NCBI GenBank assembly: GCA_013239625.1
Contig: MU053934.1
Location: forward strand, 10,951,003 to 11,015,002
Source: Lama guanicoe
Taxonomy: Eukaryota
Direction of reading: 5' to 3'
Length of the DNA: 64,000 nucleotides
Part shown: positions 13,603-26,480 of the stretch, piece after piece
Layout: each line of letters begins with the position of its first letter
Numbering within the stretch: the first letter of the stretch is position 1
The notes under the pieces: generated by a model
Seen by the model: the letters and a program-made list of their open reading frames with translations, nothing else
What the model was told of the DNA's origin: nothing
The model's database searches: none
Translations under genes and position numbers: made by a program

Positions 13603-14115
13603 AATTTTATTTTTTATTGAAGTGAAGTTGACTTACAATATCAGTTTCAGGTGTACAGCAAAGCTATTCAGTTATATATTTACATATGTATATTTTTTTC
13701 TTTTCAGATTCTTTTTCATTGTATGTTATTAGAAGAAATTGAATACAGTTCCCTGAGCTACACAGTAGGACCTGGTTGTTTATCTACTTTGTATATAGTA
13801 GTTTGTATCTGTTAATCCCAAACTCCTAATTTATCCCTCCCCCTCCTTTCCCCTTTGGTCACCGCAAATTTGTTTTCTATGTCTGTGAGTCCCTTTCTGT
13901 TTGATAAACAAGTTCATTTGTAGCACTTTTTTTTTAGAGTCCACATATAGGTAATAAGGTATGACATCTATTTTTCTCTATCTGACTTACTTCATTTAGT
14001 ATGATAATCTCTAGGTCCATCCATGTTGCTACAAATGACATTATTTCATTCTTTTTTATGACTGAGTAATAGTCCACTATATAAATGTATCATATCTTAT
14101 TTATCCATTCACTTT
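13603..14115 (-). mobile_element. Younger cetartiodactyl-type L1 3' UTR nested in the old L1
   Basis: tttttattgaagtgaagttgacttacaatatcagtttcaggtgtacagcaaagctattcagtt...cttacttcatttagtatgataatctctaggtccatccatgttgctacaaatgac. Confidence 0.9.
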
Positions 14116-16739
14116 TCAGTGTTGCTTCTTAGGTCTTTATTGCTATGAATTTTACTCTAAGCACTATTCCATCCACTTCCTACAGACCTTGATCTATTAT
14201 ATTTTCATTTTCATTCAGTTCCTAATATTTTGGGTTTTCCTTTGTGTCTTCCCTTGTGCCCCATGTGTATTAGTTACTTAATAGTATGTGATTTATTTTT
14301 CAAGTATTTGACAAGTTTCTTGGTACCTTTCTGTTATTCACTTCTAGTCTAATTTCATTATGGTTACAGAACATGCTTTGTGAGATTTCAATTACTTTAA
14401 ATTTGGTTTGTTTAATGACCCAAGATATGGCTTATTTTGTAACTTGTGCCCTTGCAAAGAATGTGTCCTTTACTGCTGGAGGAGAAGCATCCCATAACTG
14501 CCCGTTAGTTCAGCTGATGACGCTGTTCCTCCGTCTCTGAGACACTCACTCACTTCCTGCTCTCTGGTTCTGTGTGCTGAGCACAGGGTGTTGAGGTCTC
14601 CAGCTGCAGGTGAGGGTTTGTCTCCTCCTTTCACTTCTACCCATTTCTGCTCCATGCATTTTTAAGCTCTGTTATTAGGTGCATACACGTTTATGATTGT
14701 TATGTCTTCTGGGGATATTGTATCATTATGTTATGCCACTCTTTATCCCTGGTAATTTTCTTTGTTGTAAAGTCTAATTTATCTGATATTAAAATGGCCA
14801 CTTAACACGGAAGGATAAAACCTTACTAGTGCTCTGGTCCCTTTGCTTCCACTCCTCTATGTTATCATCTTATTATTGCATCTACATACATAGAAAATTC
14901 TACCAGACAATGAATGATAAAATTTTGCTTTCAACTGTCAAGCATATTCTAAAGAACTCAAGGACAAATAGTCTATCTCCCCAATTATTTACCATTTCTG
15001 TTGCTATTTCTTCATTCTGGATTTTCCAAGTTTCCTTCTCATATTTTTTCCCTTCTCTCTGAAGGAATTCCTCTATAAATTCTTTTAAAGCAGGTCTGCT
15101 AGAAATGAATTTTCAGTTTTCCTTCATCTGAGAACAGTTTTATGTGACCTTCTTCTTAAAGGATATTTTCACTGTGTTTAAAATTTTGGACTGACAGCAC
15201 TTTAAAATGCTTTCAGCACTTTAAAAATGTCTCACTTCCCTCTGGCCTCCACAATTAATGACGAGAAATCTCCAGTGAGTAAAACTGTTGTTCCCCTATA
15301 AGTAATGGATGGATTTTATTTAGATGCTGTCAATATTTTCTCTTGTCTTTACATTTCATTAGTTTTATTATGATGTGCTGGATTGCAGATTTTTAAAAAT
15401 CTTTTTTCTCTCTGTTTTCCACATTGGATAATTTCTACTATCTCTTCTCAATCATCCAGTCTGCAGCTGAGACTAAAGAGTATTTAATTTTGGTTATTCT
15501 ATTTTCAGTTCTAAAATTATTATTTGATTCTTCTTTACATCTCCCGTCTTTGCTGGAATTGTCTTTGTCTCTCTTGGCTTTTGTTTCATGCATGTTTACC
15601 CTTATTTGTTGGAGCATGTTTATAATAGCCACTTTATTATCTTTGTTCAGTACTTCTGACATCTGCCTCACGTTGGTGTTGTCATCTACTACTCATTCCC
15701 TGGTAATTTTGGATTGTGTCCTGGATGTTTTCCGTATTTCCTTTTGGTACCTTGGGCCTCATGTAAATCCTATAAGAATGTTGATGTTTAAGTTTTAACA
15801 AGCAGTTGATCTGTGAAGTTCAAGCCTCCAGTCCCTGCATGTCTTCAGTGGGTGGTGCCTCAAGGATCAGTGTAGTTTTTAAGATGCTTTTCCATCTACC
15901 CCATGTGTGCAATACCCAGCATCTGGAGAGAGTAGTTTATTTTCTAAACAGCTATGTATGCTGTTTACAATCAGATACACACACGCACAGCTCAGAGATG
16001 AGCCCAGAGGCTCACACACAGCTCTGAGAGGTCCCTTGCCCAAGCTCCTCCCTCCTCACAATCTCCTTGGTGCTTTCCAATGCCTGGAAAATTCCAGTTT
16101 CCCCCGGCCAGTCACCCAACTCTGCCTACCTTCCTGTACCGGTACCCACGTATGGAGGCAAACAGGAGGAGGACACAGAAAGCGGAAAAGCAAAGGAGGG
16201 CGGCCCCACCCTCTTGAAATCACATCTTCTTTCGTAGGAGAGGACCCTTCCCTCCATCAGACTGCTGGCTGCTGTGGGTTCCTTTCCCACGACAGCTGCT
16301 CCGCTGTCACCGCCGGGCTGCCGGGGGCCAGGGCGCGAGAGAGCAGAGGGAAAAAAGGAAAACGAGCAGTTTCCACAGTCCGCTCTGAGCATTCGCTGTC
16401 ACCTGGCCTCTTCCTCAAGCTAAGACTAGAGGGTGTCCTGGGCTCTCTGCATGCTCGCACTGCTTGGGGCGCCGGCTGCGCTGGGCTCCGGCTGCAGGAC
16501 CCCGGGGCATGGCAGGGGGGCTCGCTCTGCAGGCATTGCTTGGAGCTCCGATCTTTTCCTCCCAGATCCTCCCACTGCTATTCACTTTCCTGAATCCTGA
16601 AACAGTGTCCTGTCCAGGCCTCCGTCTTCCTTCAGTGGAAGAGACGGGCAGAGTGTGCTTACTCCATCTTACCTGGAGCCAGCGCTGCCGCCCCCATGTG
16701 TTTCTGTTTTATTTTCTGGTGTTTCGTTACGACAGTTGT

Positions 16740-16743
<4 letters not shown>

Positions 16744-16779
<36 letters not shown>
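16744..16779. repeat. (TG)n microsatellite
   Basis: Perfect TG run. Confidence 0.95.
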
Positions 16780-16781
<2 letters not shown>

Positions 16782-18814
16782 ACATACACAGGCTGGCTTC
16801 AGTATTTCAGGATAATCTGCTGAAGAACTAACATCTGGTAGAATGATCTTCAGATGAATCAGGAAAGAGGTCGATATTCTTGTAGGAAACACTGAGACAT
16901 CCGAGAACTAAACCATTTCACTGCCAGGGTTAGAGTACAGCGCCCGAAGTCCTCAGCTGTGAAGTCTACAGTCAGAGCTAAGCACACTAGGCCGTACAAG
17001 ATGGTCACAAATTAACTGGAAAGAGCGTTGGCTGCACTACAGAGCCGATTAGATCCAAATCCATGAAGCTGACTTTCTTTTTACCAGTTCAATTCACCAA
17101 AACCGTGTGGAATGAAAAAGACGGTGTCGGACACTCCTTGAACTGGATGTTTCCAGCCAGCTACCTTTGAAGTCCCTGCTTTCTATGTGTCAATGCCTGC
17201 CTGGGTTGAGAGGTGCCACCCAAGCATTCGGCGTTGGAATGTGAGGACAGAGAGCAGGCGAGAACAGGGCATCGCCTGTGCAGGGCGTCTTTGAAGCTGC
17301 ATCCGATCAAAGCCACCTTTGCTTCTCCTGGGCACTGCCTTTCATTTCCAGCACGCCGTGTCGACGTTGGTGTAAAGCAGCGAGTTAAAAGCGCCTGTCA
17401 AGTGAAATCTGGATTTTTTTCCCAATCAGTTTACATCATGTTCAGGTTCCATGACAAATTTTATAATTAAATTCCAGTGACTCCTACCAGGTCAGGTGTG
17501 CCTTGAACACTTCCCACAGATGTGTTTTCGCACACACAGGAGCAATGCGGTTCTGATGCCAACACCTCTTTGGATGAATGGGTGAAGTTTACAAAGGGAA
17601 TGATCTGATGTTCTAATTTGTCAGCATAGGCTAAACGGGAGAAGGCACAGGTATAACGTGTGCAGATTTGTTCCGTTCATTTGTTTGTCAAATGCTAACT
17701 GAACGCTGACTGGTCCCAGCTCCCCGGGGCGCCGCGTCTGCGCCTGGCGGGTAGGACGCTCACAGCCCAGGGTGCAGCTGGGCCGGAGGGCAGCCTCCTT
17801 CGTCTTTACTCAAATTAGTGTGATTTCTCTGCTAGGCCCTCACTGCCCCACGCTGAAATGGGGATCTCAATCCTGACAGCGCAAGGCACACTCAGCCACA
17901 CTGGGGCTCCTCTCTCACGTTTCAGCTGGAGGCAGAGCCCACTCCCCACTCCCCGCTCCCCGCTCGGTGCGGGTGTCTCAGCTGCGCAGAATCACTGAAT
18001 TGTTATTGCTATTACAAATCTCCAGGTTTTTGCCGTCTCTTTCTGTTGGCGTCCAGTGGGTGACAGGTCACATCACTAAGGCAGACATCCTCCCTCCACT
18101 CTGCGTGGGCGGATGACGACAGCAGCCCTCCGCGGTCTGCGGGTTGTGCGGCCCGCGTGCGTCTGCCAGCCGCGCCCCCGCCGCGGCCAGGAAGCCCTTT
18201 CCATTCTTCCCGCATTTTACTTCAAGGACAACATTGAAACGTCCTTCCGTTCCAGCTGCGTTTGCAGGAGACCTGGTCTCTCCACCTGAACCCCTCCGGG
18301 CACCCCACACACCTGGCTTTTGCCTGCGCACCTGTCACAGCCGCTCCTCTGGGAAGGCTGGGTCCCTGCACCGCATTAGGCCCTCCCCTCAGCATCTCCT
18401 GGGGGGTTTCCAGCACTGCCTGCCTCTGCTGGCTCTTCAGAGACCCACGCCAGGGACTGACCCCAGTCTCTGACTGTCCTGCCTTGAGAATGTCCAGGCT
18501 TCAGAAATGCCGCCAGTCATTGTTTACGACACACACTTTGCCGTCTGATCTTTCAAGCTCTTAGGTTTTGGGGACCTCGAATGCCTTTGCTCAGTGTTAA
18601 AACGAATCTCTCGCTTGTTTGTGGCACTGGCTGTCAGGACTGATGTCTCTTTTTTGAGAAGAGCACGTAACGTAAGAGCTAGTCCCCCAGCAAGTTTGTC
18701 AGTATGTAATGCAGACTGTTGGCTGTGAACCCTGTGCTGAGCGGTGGATCTGCAGAAACAGCTCATCGTGCATAACTCTGTGCATTTTGACTGACACAAA
18801 AAGTCTTCAAAAAT

Positions 18815-18982
18815 ACAGGGGCGAGAGGAAGCTTTTGGAGATGGTGGAAAGTTGATGGCCTTGAGTGTGCTGATGGGTTAACGGGTGTGCACCTGCCTCC
18901 AAACTCCTAAAGTTCTACAGTAAATATGTACAGATATTGCACATCCATCATTATCTCAATAAAGCGATTTTAAAAATAAAAA
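18815..18982 (+). mobile_element. L1MC-like 3' tip
   Basis: ggaagcttttggagatggtggaaagttgatggccttgagtgtgctgatggg...attatctcaataaagcgattttaaaaataaaa. Confidence 0.75.
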
Positions 18983-19859
18983 GGCTGATCTACCTGGTGT
19001 GTGTTTCAAAAACTTACTGTGAGGGAAAAAAAAGCCCCGTATCAGACTCTCCGTTTCTGCATAAATCAGCTTCTGCAGCCGTAGTTGTAGTGGCAGAAGG
19101 GCAACTTCTATCTCCTGAAGAAGGGAATCCTAACGGTGAACAACCATTGACAAATGCTTCAAGATAAGACAGAGTCAAAGTCTTCGGGAACATCACAGTG
19201 CCGTGAAGAATCGAGTTGATCAGTGTGGGCGGAGCTGTGGCAACGGCAGACACCCCGCTACCGGCATCAGTGGCTCAGGGATGGAAAGCAGAGTTTTTGA
19301 AGCGACCGACAGTCCTGGCTGGGTCTTTGGCTCACGCTCAGATCGGCGGGAGGCTCCCCTCGGGGCCCCTGGCTGGCGGCGCCTCCGCCACGCTCAGCGC
19401 AGGACCCCCAAGGTCGTCCCGAGACCTCATTCACCGGAAAGCGGGGTGAAGGTGGTGAGCACGCGGGGGAGGGTGTTCTGGCCGGAACTGGCGATGCCAC
19501 GCAGAGCCTCCACTCACATCCCATTCGCTGCAGCTCCGTCAGGCCGCGGCTCCCACCTGCAAAGGAGTGCGGACCCGCGGGACCGCTGTGTGCCCAGGAA
19601 GGGGAGCACGGGGATGCTGGTGAACACATTGCCAGGGGCTCCCTTTTGGGTCACCAAATGTCCAAGTGTCCCCGTCATCACACACGGAAGACGCGCCTCC
19701 CGCACCAGGGAGACGTGGAATGCCCCACTGCATTCCGTCAGCTCAAAGCCCCAGAAGGCCGAGGGGGCTCAGGCCCCTCCTCCAGGTCCAGATGTGCTTC
19801 TCTTGGTCCTGCCCCCTAGAAAGTACAAAGGAAAGAGGTCTGTCTTCCCTCCATCTTGA

Positions 19860-20829
19860 CACACACCCCCAACAAGAATGACGGATCAGGTGGAGACCCA
19901 CGCACGGCTGGCCCTGGCCTACGGCAGTGACACTCTGGTGGGACGAGGGGCTGAGGCCCCTGCGCACGGGGACAGTGACATGACTGGACCTGGGTCTGCT
20001 CTCCTGGGGGAACGCCGGTGTCCACTGTTCTCATGGCCCCTGTTCTCACCCTTCTGACGGCTCTCCATTGCTCACCACTGTCCATGGCCAAGTCCAAGTG
20101 TGTCTCCCTGGGGACCGCACTGCAGCTCCAGTCCAATCCCTACGCGTCCAAGTTCAGCAGCTCCAAGGTCGTGCTAATGCTCGTGCAGTGAAAGCTTTCT
20201 GCAGCCCCAGCGTGTGTCTTCTTTACCAGCAACTCTCAGTGGGCTTAATGGAATTGAGAAACATCATTTCCACGTGCCAATAACCAAACCGAAAGTTCTG
20301 TTTTTCCCAGATATAGTTTACAAAGCTCCATTATTCCTTAGTTTCTCTGTCCCCAAATCTTTTTTTCTCTCTCTCAGTCTAATGGCAGCTTCCTTGAGGC
20401 GACTGGGGATGGGGAGGAGGTTTGGTAAGTAGGCAGCACCCTTAATCTGCTCTCTGCTGCCTGGTTGGATTCCTATGTCTAATTGAGAAGCCTTAATGGG
20501 ATTTCGAAGCTCAATGCCTTTGCAATCTCGCTTCCCACTGTTCGGGATTTGGGAGTGTTTTTCCAAAGCAAACTTGTCGATTCTCTCTATTTTCTCTAAT
20601 TTCTTTTTTTCGCAGACTGAATAATTACTGCGTGAGTTTATCTCTGTCTCATAAATCTCTGCTGTAAGAGACACGGAGGCACCAACACACACTCCGTTGT
20701 GTCCCGTCTCGCACGGGCTCGGGGCTCGCCGTCCTCACGGAGCGGGGTGCCTGCCACCCTTGCGCTAAGCCAGTGCCATCCGTTTTAGGTTTTCCATGCG
20801 GCAGCTCCCCACCTCCGCAGACCAATTTC
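19860..20829 (-). mobile_element. MaLR internal region (MLT1-int) relic
   Basis: Ends in the characteristic internal/LTR junction gcagctccccacctccgcagaccaatttc|tg at 20821-20831; left boundary uncertain. Confidence 0.55.
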
Positions 20830-21170
20830 TGTGATGATTAGAATGCACCGAGAAGCAGTAAGAATAGACCTCCACATCTTAATGCTTTAAAAACAAGCAA
20901 GAAAATTATTTCATTCTCCATCAATACGTGGACAGGCCCCCAGGACAGCGACTCAGCCCTCCTGCGTGTAGCCCTTCAGGGGCCCAGGGCAGCGCATGAC
21001 TTTTTCACCCTGTGGCTCTCAAGGTTGTCCTGTCCCTGCTGGGGGAGAGAAGGTCCAGAAAGGGCACAAGTGGGTGCTCCACGGGTCCCGCCAGGCAGTA
21101 CCCCACACCACGCCGCCCGTCACCCGCTGGGCGGGACCTCGTCACGTGGCGGTGGTGTCCAGCTCCCGAT
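20830..21170 (-). mobile_element. Old MaLR LTR (MLT1J/K-like)
   Basis: tgtgatgattagaatgc...aatagacctccacatcttaatgctttaaaaacaa and cccgctgggcgggacctcgtcacgtggc (diverged cattggccagaactcagtcacatggc). Confidence 0.55.
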
Positions 21171-21189
21171 GCCTGTTCATTCCAGGAGG

Positions 21190-21981
21190 ATGTGAGTGTG
21201 TTGGGGGTCAGGGAGCAGTTTCCACCACCAAGCAAATCTCTGGACACCAGGGGGTGTCCTACCATCCCCTCAATTCTGACGCCGTCTCCCTGGGGATCCC
21301 ACAGGCGAAGGGCTCGGTGCCACAGCCTGCCCCCGCCCGCTTCAGGCGGTAGTCCCGAGCCCAGGTTGACACCTGCACTTCTGACAGTCTGGCTGCCAAT
21401 CGGACGTTCCCAAGATGCCCTCCTTGGGTTGGATTAATTTCCTAGAGTTGCTCACAGAACTCGGAAAACTCGCTTACTCACCAGATCATAGGTTCCTTAT
21501 AAAAGGATGTAACACAGGAACAGCCAGAAGGAAGAGATGCTTAGACAAGGTGTGGGGAAAGAGCACGGAGCAGCTGCGCCTCCCCAGCGGGCCGCCCTCC
21601 CCGCATCGCCGCGTGTTCCCCAGCCTGGAGCTCTCACAGCACATCCTTCTGGGGCCTTGTGGAGCCTTCATGTACCTACCTAGCTGTAACTGAGTGAATC
21701 ATGAGCCACTGCTGACTGCACTCAGCCTCCAGCCCCTCCTCTTCCCGGAGTCCTGGAGGCAGGCCGTGGGCTGGGGGAACTGAAAGTTCCCACCCTCTAA
21801 TCGCATGCTTGGCTTCCCTGGCCCCCATCCTTAGGCGAGGCCCTAAAGTCACCTTGTTAACATAACAAATGGCGCGAGTTGCTCTCATCGCTGAGGAAAT
21901 TCCAAGGGTTTGGGAAGCTCTGTGTCAGAAGTGGGATCCAAGGCCAAGAACGTATTTCTTATTATAAATCACAGTGTCACA
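21190..21981 (-). mobile_element. MER21-family solo LTR
   Basis: accaagcaaatctctggacaccag...gggtgtcct...caattctgac; ttaatttcctagagttgctcacagaactc; gaggaaattccaagggttt; terminal tttcttattataaatcacagtgtcaca. Confidence 0.85.
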
Positions 21982-23179
21982 CAGACAGCACGGGGTCATG
22001 AGAGGTGAAGTGTAGTGCCCACGCAGGAGAAAGCAGAAACTGATTTTCCCAAACAGCGGACAGCTTGTGGCACAGAGAGGCTGCTATGGAAACAGTGAGG
22101 AAGCCCCGCCATGCTGCAGGCACGCACCCACGGAGAAGGCGGCGCACAGGTACCAGGGCCAGAGGCTCTCAGGACCTCCTGAGAAGTTTGGGTAGATGGT
22201 GGGGTCTAGGTGCTCCTTGGGCGATGCTGGGAGGGTGGTGGGTGGGAAGGATGTGAGGCCGAGGGAACATGTGGGTTAAAGCAGAGCTTGTGGGGCTGTG
22301 AGTCAGAGAGGCACAAAGAGGCTGGGACACAGGCAGGTGGATGGAGCAGAACGTATGAGGCATGGGGGAGCCGGGGTCATGCGGGGAAGGGCTAATGTGG
22401 ATTCCTGGGGGCAGCAGTCCATCAAGCAGATTATTCTCAGCCTGGAAAGAAACATGGTCAACAGTCTACCTTGTTCCTCACTAACTCAGGCACCAGGAAC
22501 GGAATTTAGGGAGGATGCGGTTGGGCTAGGGTAGGATGAGGACGGTCCGTGATTGTCTGGATCCAGTCCCTCTGTTCTGGTCCAGCGTCGTCTGTGAAGG
22601 ACTCAATGTCTTGTCCTGTTAAAGGGTCAGTATTGGCTCCCTGATCTCTTTAGGTGGTTAGATTTTGTCAGCAAAGAGGGACTCGAGAGTAGAAAAAGTA
22701 CAAGAAATGGATTTTTAAGAACATGCTTTTGAAAACGAAAGATGGGAGTGACTTAACTAAATGTCTAATTATCAGTGGGATACGTAAGGTGGAAAATGCG
22801 CCGAGGAAAGAGGTGTTGTTTTGGCAACTGGGCCAGTCTGCCAACGTCCTTTGCAGCCCCCTGCCTTTCTGGGGTCAGCTGACCCCCTGACCTCACCTCA
22901 GACTGACTGCCAGAGCTCTCCTGGGGTCCCTCAGGGCTCAGGGCTTCAGAGCATCACAGGGCTCCTCCGAGTGCAGCCTGGGTCTTTCCACAGGCCTTCG
23001 TCCACCGTGGAGCTGTGGGGTTCAAAAGGGGGTCACAACTATGAGCAGGAGACAGACAGAGGGCAGCCCTGCCAAGGTAACCCTCCCAGGGGGTTTTGGT
23101 GATTCCACAATTCACTGAAAATCCTTCCGTGTCACAAAAACGCCAGGGCCAACCCCATCTGTCTTTAGAAACAATTCAA

Positions 23180-23790
23180 AAATGGAATAAAGCCATTTAG
23201 AAGAGGGATTATGAGACAACAAGAGAAAACAATGGAAAACAAATTTAAAACCCCTTTAGAAATAGCAGCTATATTAGAAGCAGTAACATTTGGGGGAGCT
23301 GACTGCAGTCGAGGGGGAGATGTCATACGGACAAAGACAAAGGGAAGACAAGACGTAATTGGTATTTTTGAAGAATGAAAAAAAAAGATGCAAACATGTA
23401 ACAAAAAGACACCTTCCTGAGGAGACAGAATACTTGAATGTGCAGATCAAAACAGCACGCCACAGCCCAGGAAGGAAACGATGGGAGCTCAGCACTGAAC
23501 ACGCTCAGGAGGAGACGCGAGCATCTCGGGTGCCACGCGAAGTTCTCTGAGGTGGTGGGGAGTCAGGCTGGCCGCAGGTTTCCTCACAGCAGCAGTCAAG
23601 GAAAACAGTTGGAGAGGACGAGGACAGTATGTATGAAGTTCCGAAGGGGAGAAGGAAATCCGTCCTTCTAATGCAAAGATAAGAGACAGACATTCCACAC
23701 ACAAAACTCCAGGAACAACAGGGCCCCAGAACCCTTCTTGGGGAGAATCCAGCTCACAAAGGGATGAATGTAAGTAAACCTAGAGGGGGA
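23180..23790 (+). mobile_element. Ancient L1 ORF1 or HAL1-like relic
   Basis: A-rich; acttgaatgtgcagatcaaaacagcacgccac and gtcaggctggccgcaggtttcctcacagcagca resemble ORF1 segments. Confidence 0.55.
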
Positions 23791-24044
23791 ATCCGGACTC
23801 GAGCACCTGAGGGTGAGCCCTGGAACTGGGAAGTATTAAACCAGATCAGAACAGCTGTGGAAGCTGTGGTCTGGAGTCCAACCAGGGGGTGTGGCCGTCA
23901 GTCCCAACAAAATGAGATGATCGCGTAATAGCAATGGGGGGAGTGTAATTGTGCTCAGTCTCCACTTTGATGGAAACAGTCAGTGACTACCGTATAAATT
24001 TCAAACACATCCTTAAAAATGCACAAGGGCTGTTCTTCAGTAGG

Positions 24045-25620
24045 AATGTCAGACAACCCAGTAGGGAAAGAGCAGTCTTTTCAACAAATGGTGTTGGAAC
24101 AACTGGCTGTCCACAGGCAAAATGATAAACTGGAGCCTCTAATTCACATTATATACAAACATTAGCTAAAATGAATCATTGATCTAAATGTAAGAGCTAA
24201 CGTTATAAAATTATTAGAAGAAAATATGGGTGTAAATTGTTATGATCTTTGCTTAGGCAGTGGTTTCTTGGATATGACATCAAAAGCAATGAAACAAAAA
24301 ATAGATACATTGGGCTTTATCAAAATTAAAAACATTTACACTTCAAATAATAAGAAAGTGAAAATGTCCTTAGAATGGGGAAAAATAGGAGCAAATCATA
24401 TATCTGATAATGGACTTGTATCCAGAATTGATTAAGTACTCTCCCAATGCCTATAAATCCTATATTAAAATAGTCAGAGGATTTAAATACATTGCTTTAT
24501 AGAAGATGCAAGCACGTGATAAGACAGCAAATACCATCAGATATTAGGGAAACGAAAATCAAACCACAGTGAGCTAGCACTTCATGCCCATGAGGACGGC
24601 TACTATTTAAAGGCCATTAACGTTAATCAAGGACAAACTAGAACAAGGGTTGGGGAAGGTGTGGAGAAACCCGAACCCTCCTGCATCATGGGCAGAATTG
24701 TAAAATGGTGCAGATCCCACGGAAAACAGTTTGGCTGTTCCTCAAAATATTAAATATAGAGTTACCACACGATCCAACAACTCTCCTCTAAGGTATGTAT
24801 ACACACATGCATGTCCAAGAGGAATGAAAACATATGTCCTCATAAAATCTTGTACACACAGATTTTCACAACAGAATTATTCATAATAACCCCAAAGTGG
24901 AAATATCCCAAATGTCCATCCACTGATGAGTCAATAAACAAAATGTGGTATATTCATACAATGAAATAGCATATTATTTGGCCATAGAAATAATGACATA
25001 CTGATACAGCATGTTTGAAACTCAAAAATATTACACTAAGTGAAAGAAGCAGTCACAAAAGACCACATGTTTGTATAATTTCATTTATATAAAATGTCCA
25101 GGATAAGCAAATCTATAGAGACAGAAAATACATTTGTGTTGTCAGGAACTAGGGGTTGGAGGGAACAGAGGATGAATGGAGAGTTAAGGGGTCAGAGTTT
25201 CTCTTTAAGGGGATGGGAATGTTCTAAAATTAGCTTATGGTGGTGTCTGGACTAGTTTGTGGATATACTAAAACCACTGGCTTGTACACTTTCTTTTTTT
25301 AGATTTTTTTATTGAAGTGTAGTTGATTTACAGTGTTAATTTCAGGTGTACAGCAAAGTGATTCAGTTATACAGATACGTACGTATATATTTTTTCTTTT
25401 CAGATTCTCTTGCATTATATGTTATTTCAAAAAATTGAATATGGTTTCCTATGCTGTACAGTAGGTCCTTGCTGTTTATGCATTTTATGCTCAGTAGTGT
25501 AGATCTGTTCATCCCAAGTTCCTAATCTGTCCCTCCCCCACACTTTCCCCTTCCGCAACCTGACTTGTACACTCTAAATTAGTGATTTTTATGTCGATCA
25601 TATCTCAGTTTAAGCGGTGC
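24045..25620 (+). mobile_element. L1MB-like ORF2 end and 3' UTR, interrupted at 25291-25559
   Basis: agtcttttcaacaaatggtgttggaacaactgg; cccaaatgtccatccactgatga; aagtgaaagaagcagtcacaaaagaccac; still AT-rich and close to consensus. Confidence 0.92.
25291..25559 (-). mobile_element. Younger L1 3' tip with target-site duplication
   Basis: Flanked by ctggcttgtacact (25277-25290) and ctgacttgtacact (25560-25573), 13/14 identical; paralogous to the 13603 copy. Confidence 0.92.
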
Positions 25621-25779
25621 TAACATACACACTAACTCCAGTATCCTAACACACATAGTAGTCACTTTACACTGAAATGTGTACACATGTTTGAAATGAA
25701 TAACTTGGAAAACAAATGTTTATCTGAAATTTTAAAACATTAATTGAACCCCCCTTCCATTAACCCACATCCAGTGTGT

Positions 25780-26015
25780 GTCCTGCTTACCACACACTCA
25801 GCACTGTTTGAAGCTCTCTATCTGTATTAACATTAACTGTTCTATTTCCCATGACCATGAGGAATATGGTCCTGTGATCACCTCCATTTTGCAGAGTAGG
25901 ACGCTGAGATGGGGAGACTTGGTTGTTCACCCGGAGCCACCCAGCTGATCAGGGGTAACACCAGGATCTGAACACACGCTGTCCTATGCCAAGCCTGTGC
26001 TCTTACCCCCACTGC
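25780..26015 (-). mobile_element. MIR SINE, near full length
   Basis: cctccattttgcagagtaggacgctgaga...ttcacccggagccacccagctga...ccaggatctgaacac...ccaagcctgtgctcttacc. Confidence 0.8.
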
Positions 26016-26354
26016 CCTCTGCTTCTGCAGATGAAATATGTCCTTTATTAAAAACTAGATGGGCTGGAGCCATTTTCATTTTATGAGCCCATTCCATCTG
26101 CCTTAAGCATTTACCTGCCAGCCTCTCAATGCCTCCTTCCATCTTTATATATCCACAGAGGTAAGTCGAGAATAACCTTCTCCAAATATTATCTGTGGTT
26201 ATTTCTGGGTTCTGAGAAGGGTGAAATCTTTACCTTTTCTTCTGTCAGCTCTGAGTCATTTGACTCTCTTATAGGAAGCTTGTGTCATTTGTACAAAAAA
26301 AAATCATTTTTCTTTAAAGATGGAGAGACCAATGAAAAGGTGGGCAGACATAAA

Positions 26355-26480
26355 AATAGATAAGTGGATGGATGAATACTGGATCTAGAAGACAGACACA
26401 GATAGATCAGCTGGATAAATAGATAAGAGAGACAGAGATGGATGGATGGATAGATGGATGGATACACAATAGGTAGAGAG
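26355..26480. repeat. Degenerate (GATA/GGAT)n tract
   Basis: agatagatcagctggataaatagataag...gatggatggatggatagatggatggata. Confidence 0.75.

Larger units (their letters stand above)
12690..16685 (-). mobile_element. Old L1M element with internal deletions (5' UTR, ORF1 and ORF2 relics), interrupted at about 13535-14115
   Basis: T-rich antisense L1 sequence (ttttgtcaaatgc, tttaagctctgttattaggtgcatacacgtttatgattgttatgtcttc, aaagcaggtctgctagaaatgaatt); ends in cttactccatcttacctggagcc, which resembles an L1M 5' terminus. Confidence 0.85.

Noticed and set aside
13036..15798. Hydrophobic membrane-protein-like ORFs (13036-13464, 14829-15062, 15424-15798)
   Set aside because: They are T-rich antisense readings of L1 sequence
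22530..22650. Possible MER94-like DNA transposon
   Set aside because: Too diverged to support by eye
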